Source of the DNA: Naegleria gruberi
Lineage: Eukaryota
Strand: one strand, 5' to 3'
Assembly (NCBI GenBank): GCA_000004985.1
Contig: GG738913.1
DNA length: 64,000 bases
Shown: one piece after another, positions 12,001 to 22,400 of the stretch
How the letters are laid out: every line of letters starts with the position of its first letter
Numbering within the stretch: the first letter of the stretch is position 1
Notes under the pieces: generated by a model
Seen by the model: only the letters and a program-made list of their open reading frames with translations
Told to the model about the DNA's origin: nothing
The model's database searches: none
Program-made: the position numbers and the translations under genes

Positions 12001-13380
12001 ATGTTGTCCCTTGATGAGAACTTTGATAATCTGTCCATTATTAATTCTGCTACAAATGAAAAGTTGTTAGAAATAGAAATTCCTGAAGGTCAAGACAAGT
12101 TAATCAAAAAGCTCAAAGAAGTCTTTCCAGAAGAATCCAAAGCCATTGATGAGTATGTTGAGATATCGTTTCCACCAAAGTATGAAATTATTCCAGTTAT
12201 TATTTTAAAGTGTTTCCCATTCATATTTTCCAAATTATTCAAGTATCTAGTTGCACCAAAATTTATGAATTATGTCCATACTAGTATTGGTCAAGCTCTT
12301 GACAAATTGACGTCCAATCAGCTTCTTAAGAGTGCCATTTGCTATATTGGCATAGATTATGGTTCAAATCCAAAAGCAACTCCACTCTATGAGCATTCAA
12401 TGATTCACAATATTTTCAAGAATGGTGGTCACATTCCAAAGGAAGGAGCAGACGATATTGTCGAAAGTTTGATAAAGGTCATTAGAAAAGGAGGTGGAGA
12501 TGTGATGAGCAAGGCAAATGTTGCTTCAATCCACATCAATAAGGAAGGAAAATGTGGAGGAGTGTGCGTGTTAAAGAACAAGGACTCTATCATTATTGAA
12601 TCTCCGATTGTAATTTCATCTGCTGGAGTTTACAATACTTATTCAAAGCTCATTCCTCGTCCAATAAGAGAAAAACTTGGCTACAATCACTTCAAGTACA
12701 CGCCTTCATATTCTGTTCAGGCAACCTTCCTTGGCTATGATGGCACAATAGAAGAATTAGGATTAAAGTTCCAAAACTATTTCATCATGACTAACCCTGA
12801 TTTTGATGGTCAATTTACCAGATACATGGAAAGTGATGGAGATATTGACCCAAAGAATGGCATTGATATTCCAATCTTGATAGCCAATCTCAGACCTTAT
12901 AATAACAAGGTTTCAATGACTATCCTCAGCTTTGCCAATCATGCATGGTTTCAAGAGTGGAACCATCAACGAGTTGGACAACGTAGTGTTGACTATGAAG
13001 ACTTGAAGGAGAGAATTGCCAATCGAGCCCTCGAATTATTATACATGAAACATCCACAACTTGAAAATAGACACTCTGTAATGAGTACTTCCTCACCAAT
13101 TACATTTAATCATTATCTATCCAATAATTTTGGAGATTACATGGGTTTTAAGAGAGTGGTTGGTAATGATGATGGTGTATTCCGTTGGGGAAGGCCAATG
13201 TCCAATCTGGAGAATTTGTTTTTGGTTGGGCAGGATATCTTTGCAGGAGGTGTGCAGGGAGCAATGTTGAGTGCTTTAATTACATGTGGATGCGTGTTGA
13301 GGAGGAATTTGTTTGATGACTTGGCAAAGGCCGTTGAAGAGATGAAGAAGTGGAAGGCTTTGCTATTTTGTTTTAAATAA
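12001..13380 (+). CDS. All-trans-retinol 13,14-reductase (RETSAT)/CrtI-family FAD-dependent oxidoreductase, main body
   Basis: KKLKEVFPEESKAIDEYVEI aligns with RETSAT KEKFPQEEAIIDKYIKL. The C-terminus FLVGQDIFAGGVQGAMLSALITCGCVLRRNLFDDL aligns with the RETSAT/CrtI C-terminus [34 protein letters not shown]. Stop is TAA. Confidence 0.8.
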   Translation: MLSLDENFDNLSIINSATNEKLLEIEIPEGQDKLIKKLKEVFPEESKAIDEYVEISFPPKYEIIPVIILKCFPFIFSKLFKYLVAPKFMNYVHTSIGQALDKLTSNQLLKSAICYIGIDYGSNPKATPLYEHSMIHNIFKNGGHIPKEGADDIVESLIKVIRKGGGDVMSKANVASIHINKEGKCGGVCVLKNKDSIIIESPIVISSAGVYNTYSKLIPRPIREKLGYNHFKYTPSYSVQATFLGYDGTIEELGLKFQNYFIMTNPDFDGQFTRYMESDGDIDPKNGIDIPILIANLRPYNNKVSMTILSFANHAWFQEWNHQRVGQRSVDYEDLKERIANRALELLYMKHPQLENRHSVMSTSSPITFNHYLSNNFGDYMGFKRVVGNDDGVFRWGRPMSNLENLFLVGQDIFAGGVQGAMLSALITCGCVLRRNLFDDLAKAVEEMKKWKALLFCFK

Positions 13381-14045
13381 CTTTTATTAATTATTTTTTT
13401 TAATTGGGAATCATATTCAAAACTATTCTTACGAGGTCTTCCTCTTGGTCGTTTAGGAAGACTCTTCTTTAATTCTTGTTCTTCCTTCATGGACTCTATT
13501 GTTGATATGAAGAATGTATTATTGTTACCTTTGGTACTTATGACGGTGTTGTTATTATTGGTATTTACAGGGGTGGTAGAAGAGGAGCTGCTAGTGGAGT
13601 AAGCAAGGATCGTCCTATGATTGTTATTATTATTAATATTTACAAATGATGATAAAGATTTTGGGGTTTGTTGCTTGCATTCTTCCATGATAGCAACATT
13701 GTTATTATTAGGAACAACATAATTATTGGATAAATTCAGTGGCTGATTCAATAGTGCCTTGTTTAGATGGTGATTGTTCATTGGCCAATTGTTGTTATCT
13801 TCATCATATGATGGAAGGAAGGAATCATCCACTGTGGGAGCATAATTCTCATGGTAAGGATTATTATTGGAGCTACTTAAAAGCAGATACAACAAGAATA
13901 GTGTCTGCTCGTTTGTGATATTGAAAGGTGAATGGTTTGGAAGCATTTGTTTTGTTACTGGTACCATAACTAATAACACATTATAATAGCCATTTACTAT
14001 GGTATGTGAACCCTGCATTCCTACTCTTCTGGAAATATATCTCAT
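13137..14045 (-). CDS. Asn/Ser-rich low-complexity protein with an AT-hook (KRPRGRPRK), putative DNA-binding
   Basis: Long ORF containing a GRP-core AT-hook and poly-N tracts. The 3' 240 nt overlap the end of the RETSAT-like ORF on the opposite strand, so the true 3' end is uncertain. Confidence 0.35.
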   Translation of the reverse strand: MRYISRRVGMQGSHTIVNGYYNVLLVMVPVTKQMLPNHSPFNITNEQTLFLLYLLLSSSNNNPYHENYAPTVDDSFLPSYDEDNNNWPMNNHHLNKALLNQPLNLSNNYVVPNNNNVAIMEECKQQTPKSLSSFVNINNNNNHRTILAYSTSSSSSTTPVNTNNNNTVISTKGNNNTFFISTIESMKEEQELKKSLPKRPRGRPRKNSFEYDSQLKKIINKSYLKQNSKAFHFFISSTAFAKSSNKFLLNTHPHVIKALNIAPCTPPAKISCPTKNKFSRLDIGLPQRNTPSSLPTTLLKPM

Positions 14046-14151
14046 CCATTTTTAGAATATCTCTAACCGCTCAAAATAGCAATAGGTAACATATATGGCA
14101 ACAGCCAGATCACATTAATAATTCATGGCTAATACCATTCAAAAAGATTTA

Positions 14152-14496
14152 TTAGGGAGGAGAGGATTCATCCTCCTTGAAATCATGTTCCTTAAAATTC
14201 ATGGTTTGTATTAATGAAATATGATCTATGTCGCAAAACCTTTCATATTCTCGGTATAGGGCCAGGGAAATAACATTAGGAACGGTTTTTTGGTTTAATG
14301 ATGAGTATTCGTTAGAGAAATCCTCTAGATTTTCAAAGCTATAGCCCTCTTGAGCCACATCAGACAGTTTCTGATAGATGGCTCTTTCTGATGCGATTTT
14401 AAACATTTTTTTCTTTGGTGTTTGTGTGATATCTCTACAACCATTCTGTTCAAGAATACGAAGTGAAACACTAATGTGTAGTTTTCTAAAATCCAT
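14152..14496 (-). CDS. Hypothetical small protein (114 aa)
   Basis: Isolated ORF ending in TAA with no recognisable domain. Confidence 0.3.
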   Translation of the reverse strand: MDFRKLHISVSLRILEQNGCRDITQTPKKKMFKIASERAIYQKLSDVAQEGYSFENLEDFSNEYSSLNQKTVPNVISLALYREYERFCDIDHISLIQTMNFKEHDFKEDESSPP

Positions 14497-14722
14497 AACT
14501 AGAATTTCTAATAAGTATTACCAAGTTTTTGTTTAGGAATGGTATCACCAATAGACAAATGCAAAACTTCATCTTTCATCCTTTGTAACGAATAGATAGT
14601 AGCGGTTAATTATCATTATTCATATCCAATCTCCCTCTATTCGAAATTGAAGTATGAAGTCACACTTTTCGATTCTTTGACTGATGTAAATTGAAAATTT
14701 ATAATTCGTGGTTCAACAACAT

Positions 14723-16006
14723 TTAAAAAAATCCAACCATGACAGGAAGAGCAAAACCTCCGATAGCTGGAATTCTGAAAACCTCAATTTCAGTAACTTT
14801 GAATTTTCTGCTTCCTCCCAAGTAGCTTCTTGCCTCTTCTGTTTCAAACTTGTATCCATTTGGTAAATGATAGGTTCTTCCAAGATTTGCATAAGATTCA
14901 CTTGAATTGCAATTGTTTACAATGCGAAGATCATGTCCAGCTCCAAACACACAAAGATCATTTTTGCCACATCCCATTGCATAGCTTTGACAAATTTGAT
15001 TTCTGGGTTCGAATTGCTTGAATGTGGAATTCTCAATTTTAAATAAGAAAGCTGTAGGGTCAAGTTTGTGGTCATTAATTTGCAATGCTTCCCAATGCTC
15101 TGATGTGAAACCGCCAAATATATTTCCATGCTCAGATTTGATAATTGAAAGAGTTGGTCCTTTGTAATCACATCTTGAATGGAAATCAACTGCTTGGAAA
15201 CCATCTCTACTTCCTCTATATAACAATTCAGGAGGTTCTTTACAACCAATTGCTAAATAAATTTCAGACATTAATTGATTAGTCAATATACACTCTTGTA
15301 AAATTAGAGAATCAATTTTGAAACGTGGGTCAATACTCTCAGCAAGTTCCTTTTTAAGATTTGTCAATTTGTACGAATCACAGACATGTCGCAATTCTAC
15401 TCTCTCTGAATTTGGAATATCATTTAGAACTGAATTTTGAAACCAATTGATAACATGTTTGAAAATTGTTGGATCGACATCAACGAAATAAACAGGATCT
15501 GAAAAGAGTGGTGATGGAGTTGCATGCATTGGTATCTCACCAATAAACATTTTCCCAAACAAGTTATCAGGTTCATTCTCAATAAATGGTTTCTTTGAAA
15601 TGGTCATAATAACTCCTCTTACATTCAAATGAATGGGTTTTTCAAGTTGAGATTCTTTCTTTGCAATAATGACAGGACAATGATTATCAATGTGATCGAT
15701 CAATTCACCTCTACACATCACACTTCCACACTCTTCACAGCTCACTTTCAACTTGGAAAGCATATTAGTGATACTCTTTGGTGCTGGAATTGCTGTAGAT
15801 TTGAGAGATTCTCCACCACATGTTGGACAATTCTCTGTCAATTCAATGCATTTAAAACAATACATCATGCCACACGCTGCATGAGTTAATGGATTCACAA
15901 GAGGAAGGTTGCAAATTTGACACAACAAGTTCTCGTCAATGCTGTTCAGGTCAACGTATTGGTAAACTGGTTCTATTCTCATTTTTTTGTTGCTGCTCTT
16001 TAACAT
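14723..16006 (-). CDS. RING/zinc-finger plus TLDc-domain protein (putative E3 ligase)
   Basis: N-terminal CQICNLPLVNPLTHAACGMMYCFKCI...CPTCG RING-like cluster and a second Cys/His cluster. The C-terminal LLYRGSRDGFQAVDFHSRCDYKGPTLSIIKSEHGNIFGGFTSEHWE is a TLDc signature. Stop is TAA. Confidence 0.7.
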   Translation of the reverse strand: MLKSSNKKMRIEPVYQYVDLNSIDENLLCQICNLPLVNPLTHAACGMMYCFKCIELTENCPTCGGESLKSTAIPAPKSITNMLSKLKVSCEECGSVMCRGELIDHIDNHCPVIIAKKESQLEKPIHLNVRGVIMTISKKPFIENEPDNLFGKMFIGEIPMHATPSPLFSDPVYFVDVDPTIFKHVINWFQNSVLNDIPNSERVELRHVCDSYKLTNLKKELAESIDPRFKIDSLILQECILTNQLMSEIYLAIGCKEPPELLYRGSRDGFQAVDFHSRCDYKGPTLSIIKSEHGNIFGGFTSEHWEALQINDHKLDPTAFLFKIENSTFKQFEPRNQICQSYAMGCGKNDLCVFGAGHDLRIVNNCNSSESYANLGRTYHLPNGYKFETEEARSYLGGSRKFKVTEIEVFRIPAIGGFALPVMVGFF

Positions 16007-16457
16007 ATCAGAATGGGTATTTAAATCATCTCAGAAGGATTTTTGGCTATTGCCATTGTAACCTTCTATTGTACTGGAATCGATCGATGGATTCTCGATC
16101 CTATCAAAATCCAAAACAAAACCACTTTAGGAAGGACAGAATGAGAGTGTCCATATTGAATTAATTTCATAAAAGAAATCAAATATGCTTGTCGGCTGTT
16201 GAGGAATCTTCTACATTTCTTTTTTTCAAAGCTGCCTCTTCTGCAATAATCATCATGTTGCTTTCTGAATATCAAATTCAAAAAAAAGAAAAAATATGGA
16301 ACTACCAAGCTCAAAAAATCAGGTTTAAGTATTGTTGATTATCTTGATGAATGATGATATTGAGAATGCAAAAATTGGACTATAGATAGACATTGATGAT
16401 GGGTATATATTAATAAATTTGCATGTTGAAAATATAAGACATAAGGTAAAATATTAA

Positions 16458-16528
16458 CTCGAACGCCGGGAATTGAACCCGGGTCGCCAGAGTGACAGTC
16501 TGGAATGCTACCACTATACCACGCCCGA
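16458..16528 (-). tRNA. tRNA-Asp (anticodon GTC)
   Basis: The minus-strand read TCGGGCGTGGTATAGTGGTAGCATTCCAGACTGTCACTCTGGCGACCCGGGTTCAATTCCCGGCGTTCGAG folds as a cloverleaf. The anticodon loop CTGTCAC and the T-arm CCGGGTTCAATTCCCGG match the eukaryotic tRNA-Asp pattern. Confidence 0.8.
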
Positions 16529-16709
16529 TTTCACTTTTCATTAACAATACCACAATATTACCGAAAATGCTATTAATATGCCAACAAAAAAATAAAATTA
16601 AACTTATGAAGATTAACTGGAATATTGGGTTAATTGTTACTGCCTCTTCAGACAAGCTCTGAATTTCAAACTGATATCCAAAAAAACACGTGTTTTCAAT
16701 TCAAAAAAA

Positions 16710-17597
16710 ATGGAAAATCTGCCCAATGAAATTCTCATTCACATATTTTCCTTCCACCAATTTGACTTTATTGATTTAAATCAATCTGCACCTTCTCCAC
16801 ATAATCAAACCATTTCAACTCTCTTTCAATTCTTGATGAATTTGACTGATGACAAGGCTTTGGATATATATAAAGGAGAGAATAATGTTACTTCCGATAC
16901 TAATACTAGTATTGATCAAGAACAATTTCCTGATTCCGATCGCAAATCTCTGCATAAATTATTTAATTATTATGATCCTAGTTCGTATGATAAGGAAGCC
17001 TACTTACTCTATCAGAGATACTCAAATGTTGATGTGGGTTCCATTAGAGAGGAGTGGTTTGAGAATGAGAATAGACAAAATAATATTGAAATATTGTTTT
17101 CATCATCAGAGTCTAAATGGTCGAATAATAGTGAGAGTTATAATGATCGATTGAATTTACTGCACGAATGTGTCAGAGATAAGAAGAAGTTTTTACAAAG
17201 TTTCAATATTGCCTTTATGAATTTGCTGATAGTGCATCAGACATTTGGAATTGGATTTTTGGGGCAGTTTTTAGTGAAATATATTCATCATTATCCATTG
17301 GTGTATTGTAATTTGAGTTTAGTTTCTAGGCAGTGGAAGGAAGCAGCTGATAATCAAAGTTTGTGGGAAGTTTCTACTGGCATGCTTCAACAATTATTAA
17401 GATTAAGATCTGATTTGGAATTTATTAGAAAGAAGCTGTTTTCTAGAATGGATAGTCAACTGGATATGAGTGCTGATGAAAATAATTATTATTCTTTGAA
17501 AACTCCACACGATTCAGGTCTGAAAAGATTTCAGGTAGATGAAAATTGTTCCATTAGACAAAGATTTATAATACTGTCGAGATATAATACTTTGTAA
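16710..17597 (+). CDS. F-box-like protein
   Basis: LPNEILIHIFSF at the N-terminus and a second LVSRQWKEAADNQSLWE F-box consensus. A-rich leader. The TAA stop is embedded in a GTAAGT, so the gene may splice on; see findings. Confidence 0.5.
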   Translation: MENLPNEILIHIFSFHQFDFIDLNQSAPSPHNQTISTLFQFLMNLTDDKALDIYKGENNVTSDTNTSIDQEQFPDSDRKSLHKLFNYYDPSSYDKEAYLLYQRYSNVDVGSIREEWFENENRQNNIEILFSSSESKWSNNSESYNDRLNLLHECVRDKKKFLQSFNIAFMNLLIVHQTFGIGFLGQFLVKYIHHYPLVYCNLSLVSRQWKEAADNQSLWEVSTGMLQQLLRLRSDLEFIRKKLFSRMDSQLDMSADENNYYSLKTPHDSGLKRFQVDENCSIRQRFIILSRYNTL

Positions 17598-17632
17598 GTT
17601 TCCTTCTCACAATTTAATATTAATAAGAAAGA

Positions 17633-19135
17633 TTGGAGAAAAATATCAAAGGTATTCCTCAACTGATTGATCAAGCCAAGACTGAAATTATTGAAAACAA
17701 GCATACTGAAAATATATTCAATCATACTGTCAGCTCTTTTGTAGAATTGAAATCAATTCAAATGAAGGAAAACAAATCTAAAAGAAGAAAGCAAATTTTT
17801 AGATGGTGTGTCAATAATTTTTTGGATAGAGTTTGTTGCAATCCAATCATGAAAAAGGGATTCTTCATTGTTTTCTTTGGAGTGCTTGTGTTCTTAATGT
17901 ATGACATGATAGGAATAGTTGGTGATGGTTTAAATAACCAAATGACCCTCAATGGGACAATTGCAACAAATCAGACGATAGCTCAACAAAATAGTCGATT
18001 CAACTCTGACTCTTTTTTAAGAGATTTAACCATATCGAGTGCTTTAATATTTTCGATTCTAATGGTATTTCAAGAAATGGCTAAACCAGGAATGATACCA
18101 GTTAGTTTAACCAAGTTTTCAATCACAATCTCCACAAGTTTCATACCTCCTGGACATAGTTTTGCAATAATTTCAATGCTTAAAATAATACTAGCGATAG
18201 AATATTTCACTTATATAATATTTGGAGGAGTGGGATTGAAAAATGTGTTGGAAATTTCAATGATTTCGAACATGTTTGTGTTGTTAATGCTAGTCTTATT
18301 GTTTTCTATTGGATTGTATGACGTGCTGAAGTTGAAACAATTGGGCATATTGAAATTGTTCAGATATTTATGTAATGTACAAAAAGAATTCAAAGAAGAG
18401 GAATATTCACTTTCTATTGGAATTCTAGTGATATTTTTGAGACTTTGCATAATTCCATTATTGGGAATACTATTTTGGACTCTTTTCAGTTTAACAATAT
18501 CTTTAGAAATTCGTTCTTATTGGCCCTTAGTTGTTTCAATTTGGTTATTGCAGATAGTCGTGCAAATTATTTTCATTTATGAATATATTTGGGTAAGAAG
18601 AGAAAGGATTAACAAAATTCATCACAATGAGACAATGATTCCAGTGAATGACAGAAGACAACAAGGAGAATACGATGATCAACTAATAATTAAGAGGAGT
18701 GTTGAATACCCATACGAATCAAAGGTTATTCAATTATTGGTGTTATTGGCCAATTTGGCTCTATTTATATCTGGAGTACATCTATTGGTAACTCAACAAT
18801 TCGAAAAATGGTTATGGAGCTCTCCATTCTTTATTATTTACATTGGTATTTGCTTTTACTTTATTAGATATCTTCACTTTCTTACTGGTCATAATCACAC
18901 AATGCTGTATAAGGAATATAAGAAAATGCTCAAAACATACAATCATGAATTATTCAAAATTCACATAGAAAATGAAGGGTCTGTCTCTGAGAGAATTGTT
19001 TGTCGATTGAAAATCAAAGGTGAGGAGGAAAATTCAGATCTAAATTCAGCCATTATTCCACTGGAGGAGGAAACGGATGTAGAAATCGAAATGGATGAAA
19101 CACAAACAGATCAAGATAATGTTAACCTAATTTAA
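17633..19135 (+). CDS. Multi-pass membrane protein, hypothetical
   Basis: At least eight hydrophobic segments and an acidic C-terminus. The ORF track starts at a TTG, and the first ATG is near 17762. Stop is TAA. Confidence 0.45.
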   Translation: MEKNIKGIPQLIDQAKTEIIENKHTENIFNHTVSSFVELKSIQMKENKSKRRKQIFRWCVNNFLDRVCCNPIMKKGFFIVFFGVLVFLMYDMIGIVGDGLNNQMTLNGTIATNQTIAQQNSRFNSDSFLRDLTISSALIFSILMVFQEMAKPGMIPVSLTKFSITISTSFIPPGHSFAIISMLKIILAIEYFTYIIFGGVGLKNVLEISMISNMFVLLMLVLLFSIGLYDVLKLKQLGILKLFRYLCNVQKEFKEEEYSLSIGILVIFLRLCIIPLLGILFWTLFSLTISLEIRSYWPLVVSIWLLQIVVQIIFIYEYIWVRRERINKIHHNETMIPVNDRRQQGEYDDQLIIKRSVEYPYESKVIQLLVLLANLALFISGVHLLVTQQFEKWLWSSPFFIIYIGICFYFIRYLHFLTGHNHTMLYKEYKKMLKTYNHELFKIHIENEGSVSERIVCRLKIKGEEENSDLNSAIIPLEEETDVEIEMDETQTDQDNVNLI

Positions 19136-19418
19136 ATAATGTCCTCAGTTACTTATTATTCAAATCATTTGCTTAAGTGGTAAGAGGAGCCAAATCATGG
19201 AGAGTTGGTTTTTCTGTAATAAGATTATACATTTGAATTTCGATAAAAGAATGGCCTTGTTTTTCTTCCTCCTATTCTATTCGCATCATCAAATGGTATC
19301 ATCATCGGATAGAGTATTACATTAGTTATTCGGATTTATTAAATAATAAAACAAGTGATAAAGAACATTTGTTTAATACTGATACAAAATTGGTAGCTCA
19401 ATGAATTTATTTCTCATG

Positions 19419-22400
19419 TTAAGCCAAGTTAAGTTGTCCAATCAATACAATACAAATCAACACTAAATATACCAATGAAATTGCAGTTGCTGATGCTTCA
19501 GACACACGTTGACTTTTGGATGGTGTCACATTTTTGCTTCCAGAAGTTTTTGGAGTAGTGATACTCTTGCTTGGTTGAGGAATTGAGCCACCAGAAGAAG
19601 TGGATGGTGTTGGAGTAACTGTCTGTTCACACAAACCATTAACCAATGATTCTCCTTGAGAACAAGTTAAGGAAACTTTTCTAATTCTATTGTTCGAATC
19701 ATCTGAAATGTATAATTCACCTACTGAGCTCACTGCCAAACCTGTTGGAAAGTTCAATTGAGCACTTGTTGGTAAAGACCCATCTCCGCTCAATCCTGCA
19801 ATTCCATTTCCAGCACTTGTGCTAATAGTTCCATTGACATTCAATTTACGAATTCTATGGTTATACGAATCAGCAATGAACAAATCACCAGTTGAGCTAA
19901 CAACTAGGCCACTTGGATAATTCAATTGATAAAGTGATGCATTATTTCCTTCACCATTATATCCAGCTGTTCCATTTCCAGCAATTGTTGTAATTATTCC
20001 ATTCAATGAGACCTTACGAATTCTATGATTATTAGTGTCAGAAATCAGCAATTCTCCATTGGAATTGACTGCTACATAGCTTGGATTATTTAATGTGGCA
20101 CTTGTTGCAAGACCACCATCTCCACTAAAACCTGCAACTCCACTTCCAGCCACAGTGCTAATATCACCATTGGTTGCAATCTTTCTAATTCTATGATTAT
20201 TCGAATCAGCAATGAAAATTTCACCACTTTTTGAGCTAATTGCAAATGATTGAGAATTCAAATAAGAGTTAACTGCAGAAGAGCCATCGCCCAAACCACC
20301 AGCAACTGTACTAATCTTTCCACTAGAAAGTTTACGAATTCTTGAATTGAAAGAATCAATAATGAAAACGTCACCGTTCGAATTGGAAGAAACTCCACTT
20401 GGATAATTGAAACATGTACTTGTGGCTGCCAATCCATCACCATTGAAACCAATCGCTCCACTTCCAGCAATGGTTGAAATGTATCCATTCGCAGCTACCT
20501 TTCTAACTCGTTGATTGTATTGGTCAGAAATATAAATTTCTCCAGAGTTTCCAATAGAAATGCTGAATGGGAAATTGAGCTTGGCATTGGTAGCTAATCC
20601 ATTATCTCCACTGAATCCAGAAGTTCCAGTTCCTGCAACAGTTGTAATGATACCAGAGGATGAAGAAACCTTTCGAATTCTATGATTACCAGAATCGGCA
20701 ATATAAATATCATTATTAGTCAAATTGACTGCTACTGCAAATGGAACGAACAATTGAGCATTAATGGCCAACCCATTATCTCCGCTAAATGTTGCCTTAT
20801 ATGCAACTGTTCCATTACCAGCAATTGTTGAAATATAACCACTAGTAGAAACTTTACGAATTCTATTATTACGAGTATCGGTGAAAATCAATTCACCATT
20901 TGAATTCATTGCAATTCCATTTGGATAATGGATTTTGGCAGATATGGCCAGCCCACCATCTCCACTGAATCCAGATTCTCCACTTCCTGCCACAGTTGAA
21001 ATGATACCACCAGTTGAAATCTTTCTAATTCTGTGGTTTTCAGAATCGGAAAAGTAAATTTCACCACTCGAGCTCACTACCACTCCTTTTGGATTATTCA
21101 ATTTGGCACTTGTAGCAGAGGAGCCATCTCCACTGTAGCCACTTGTGCCAGTTCCAGCAATTGTTGTAATGTAACCATTCGAAAGTTTACGAATCTTGTG
21201 ATTGGAAGAATCTGAAAAGTAAGAGTCACCATTAGAAGAGATGAAAATAGAGTTTGGATTATGTAATCTTTCAGTGATTGCTAACCCATCGCCACTGTCA
21301 GCTCCAATAGCACCAGTTCCTGCTACAGCTGTCAAACTTGATTTGATTTTTGACAAATACGAACCAAGATACATGACATATACTTCATTATTATAATAAC
21401 TAACTGCAGAACCCAAAGGAGTTACTGAACTAAGAGTGGAAATTACATTAGTTGACAAATCAACTCTTCTAACTTTTCCATTATCAGTAAATAAAAGATT
21501 ATTTCCATAAATAATAGGATTTCCATTTGGAGAAACAAATGATTTGCTTGCTTGAACATCCTCTCCAAAACTTGAGGTACCAGCAAATGTTGAAATCACC
21601 CCACTTGCAGAAATCTTTCTAATTCTATGATTATACGAATCTGAAATGAAAATTTCACCTACAGAGTTGACCACAATTCCAGAAGGCAACCACAATTGAG
21701 CATTAACGGCCAAACCACCATCTCCACTCAATCCAACAGTTCCTGTTCCTGCAATTGTAATAATGGTACCATTTGTCAAAATCTTTCTAATACGATTGTT
21801 AACAGAATCTGAAATGAAAATTTCACCATTCGAATTGACTGAAATTCCACTTGGATAATTCAATTGAGCATTCTTTGCCAAGATGGAATCTCCATTAAAA
21901 CCAGCAGTTCCAGTTCCTGCAACTGTAGTGACAATACCACTATTCGAAATCTTTCTAATTCGATGATTTCTTGAATCTGCTACAAATAGTTCACCATTCG
22001 AATAGAATGCTGCTCTTGGTGCATTGAATTTGGCATTTGTGGCCTGTCCATTATCACCACTGTATCCAGCAGCTCCAGTTCCTGCAATAGTTGTGATATT
22101 TCCAATGGAGGAAACCTTTCGAATAACATTATTAGAAGTATCGACAATAATAACTTCACCACTTGAGGAATTAAGAGCTAAACCGTATGGAGAGTTTAAA
22201 AGCGCATTCGTAGCAAGACCCCCATCACCACTATAACCATAGGATGAGGCAGTTCCAGCAATGGTTGAGATTTTTCCATTTGTAGAAACCTTTCGAATAA
22301 CATGATTGGAGGTATCAGCAATGAAAGTTTCTCCCAAAGAATTAACAATTACACCATAAGGAAAGTTAATTTCGCTCTGTGTAGCCAATGCACCATCTCC

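Noticed and set aside
13137-13380. A genuine antisense overlap of the AT-hook gene's 3' end with the RETSAT-like gene's 3' end
   Set aside because: It is more likely that the AT-hook ORF simply runs on in a stop-free frame. The real 3' end is probably near 13430, but it cannot be fixed from sequence alone.
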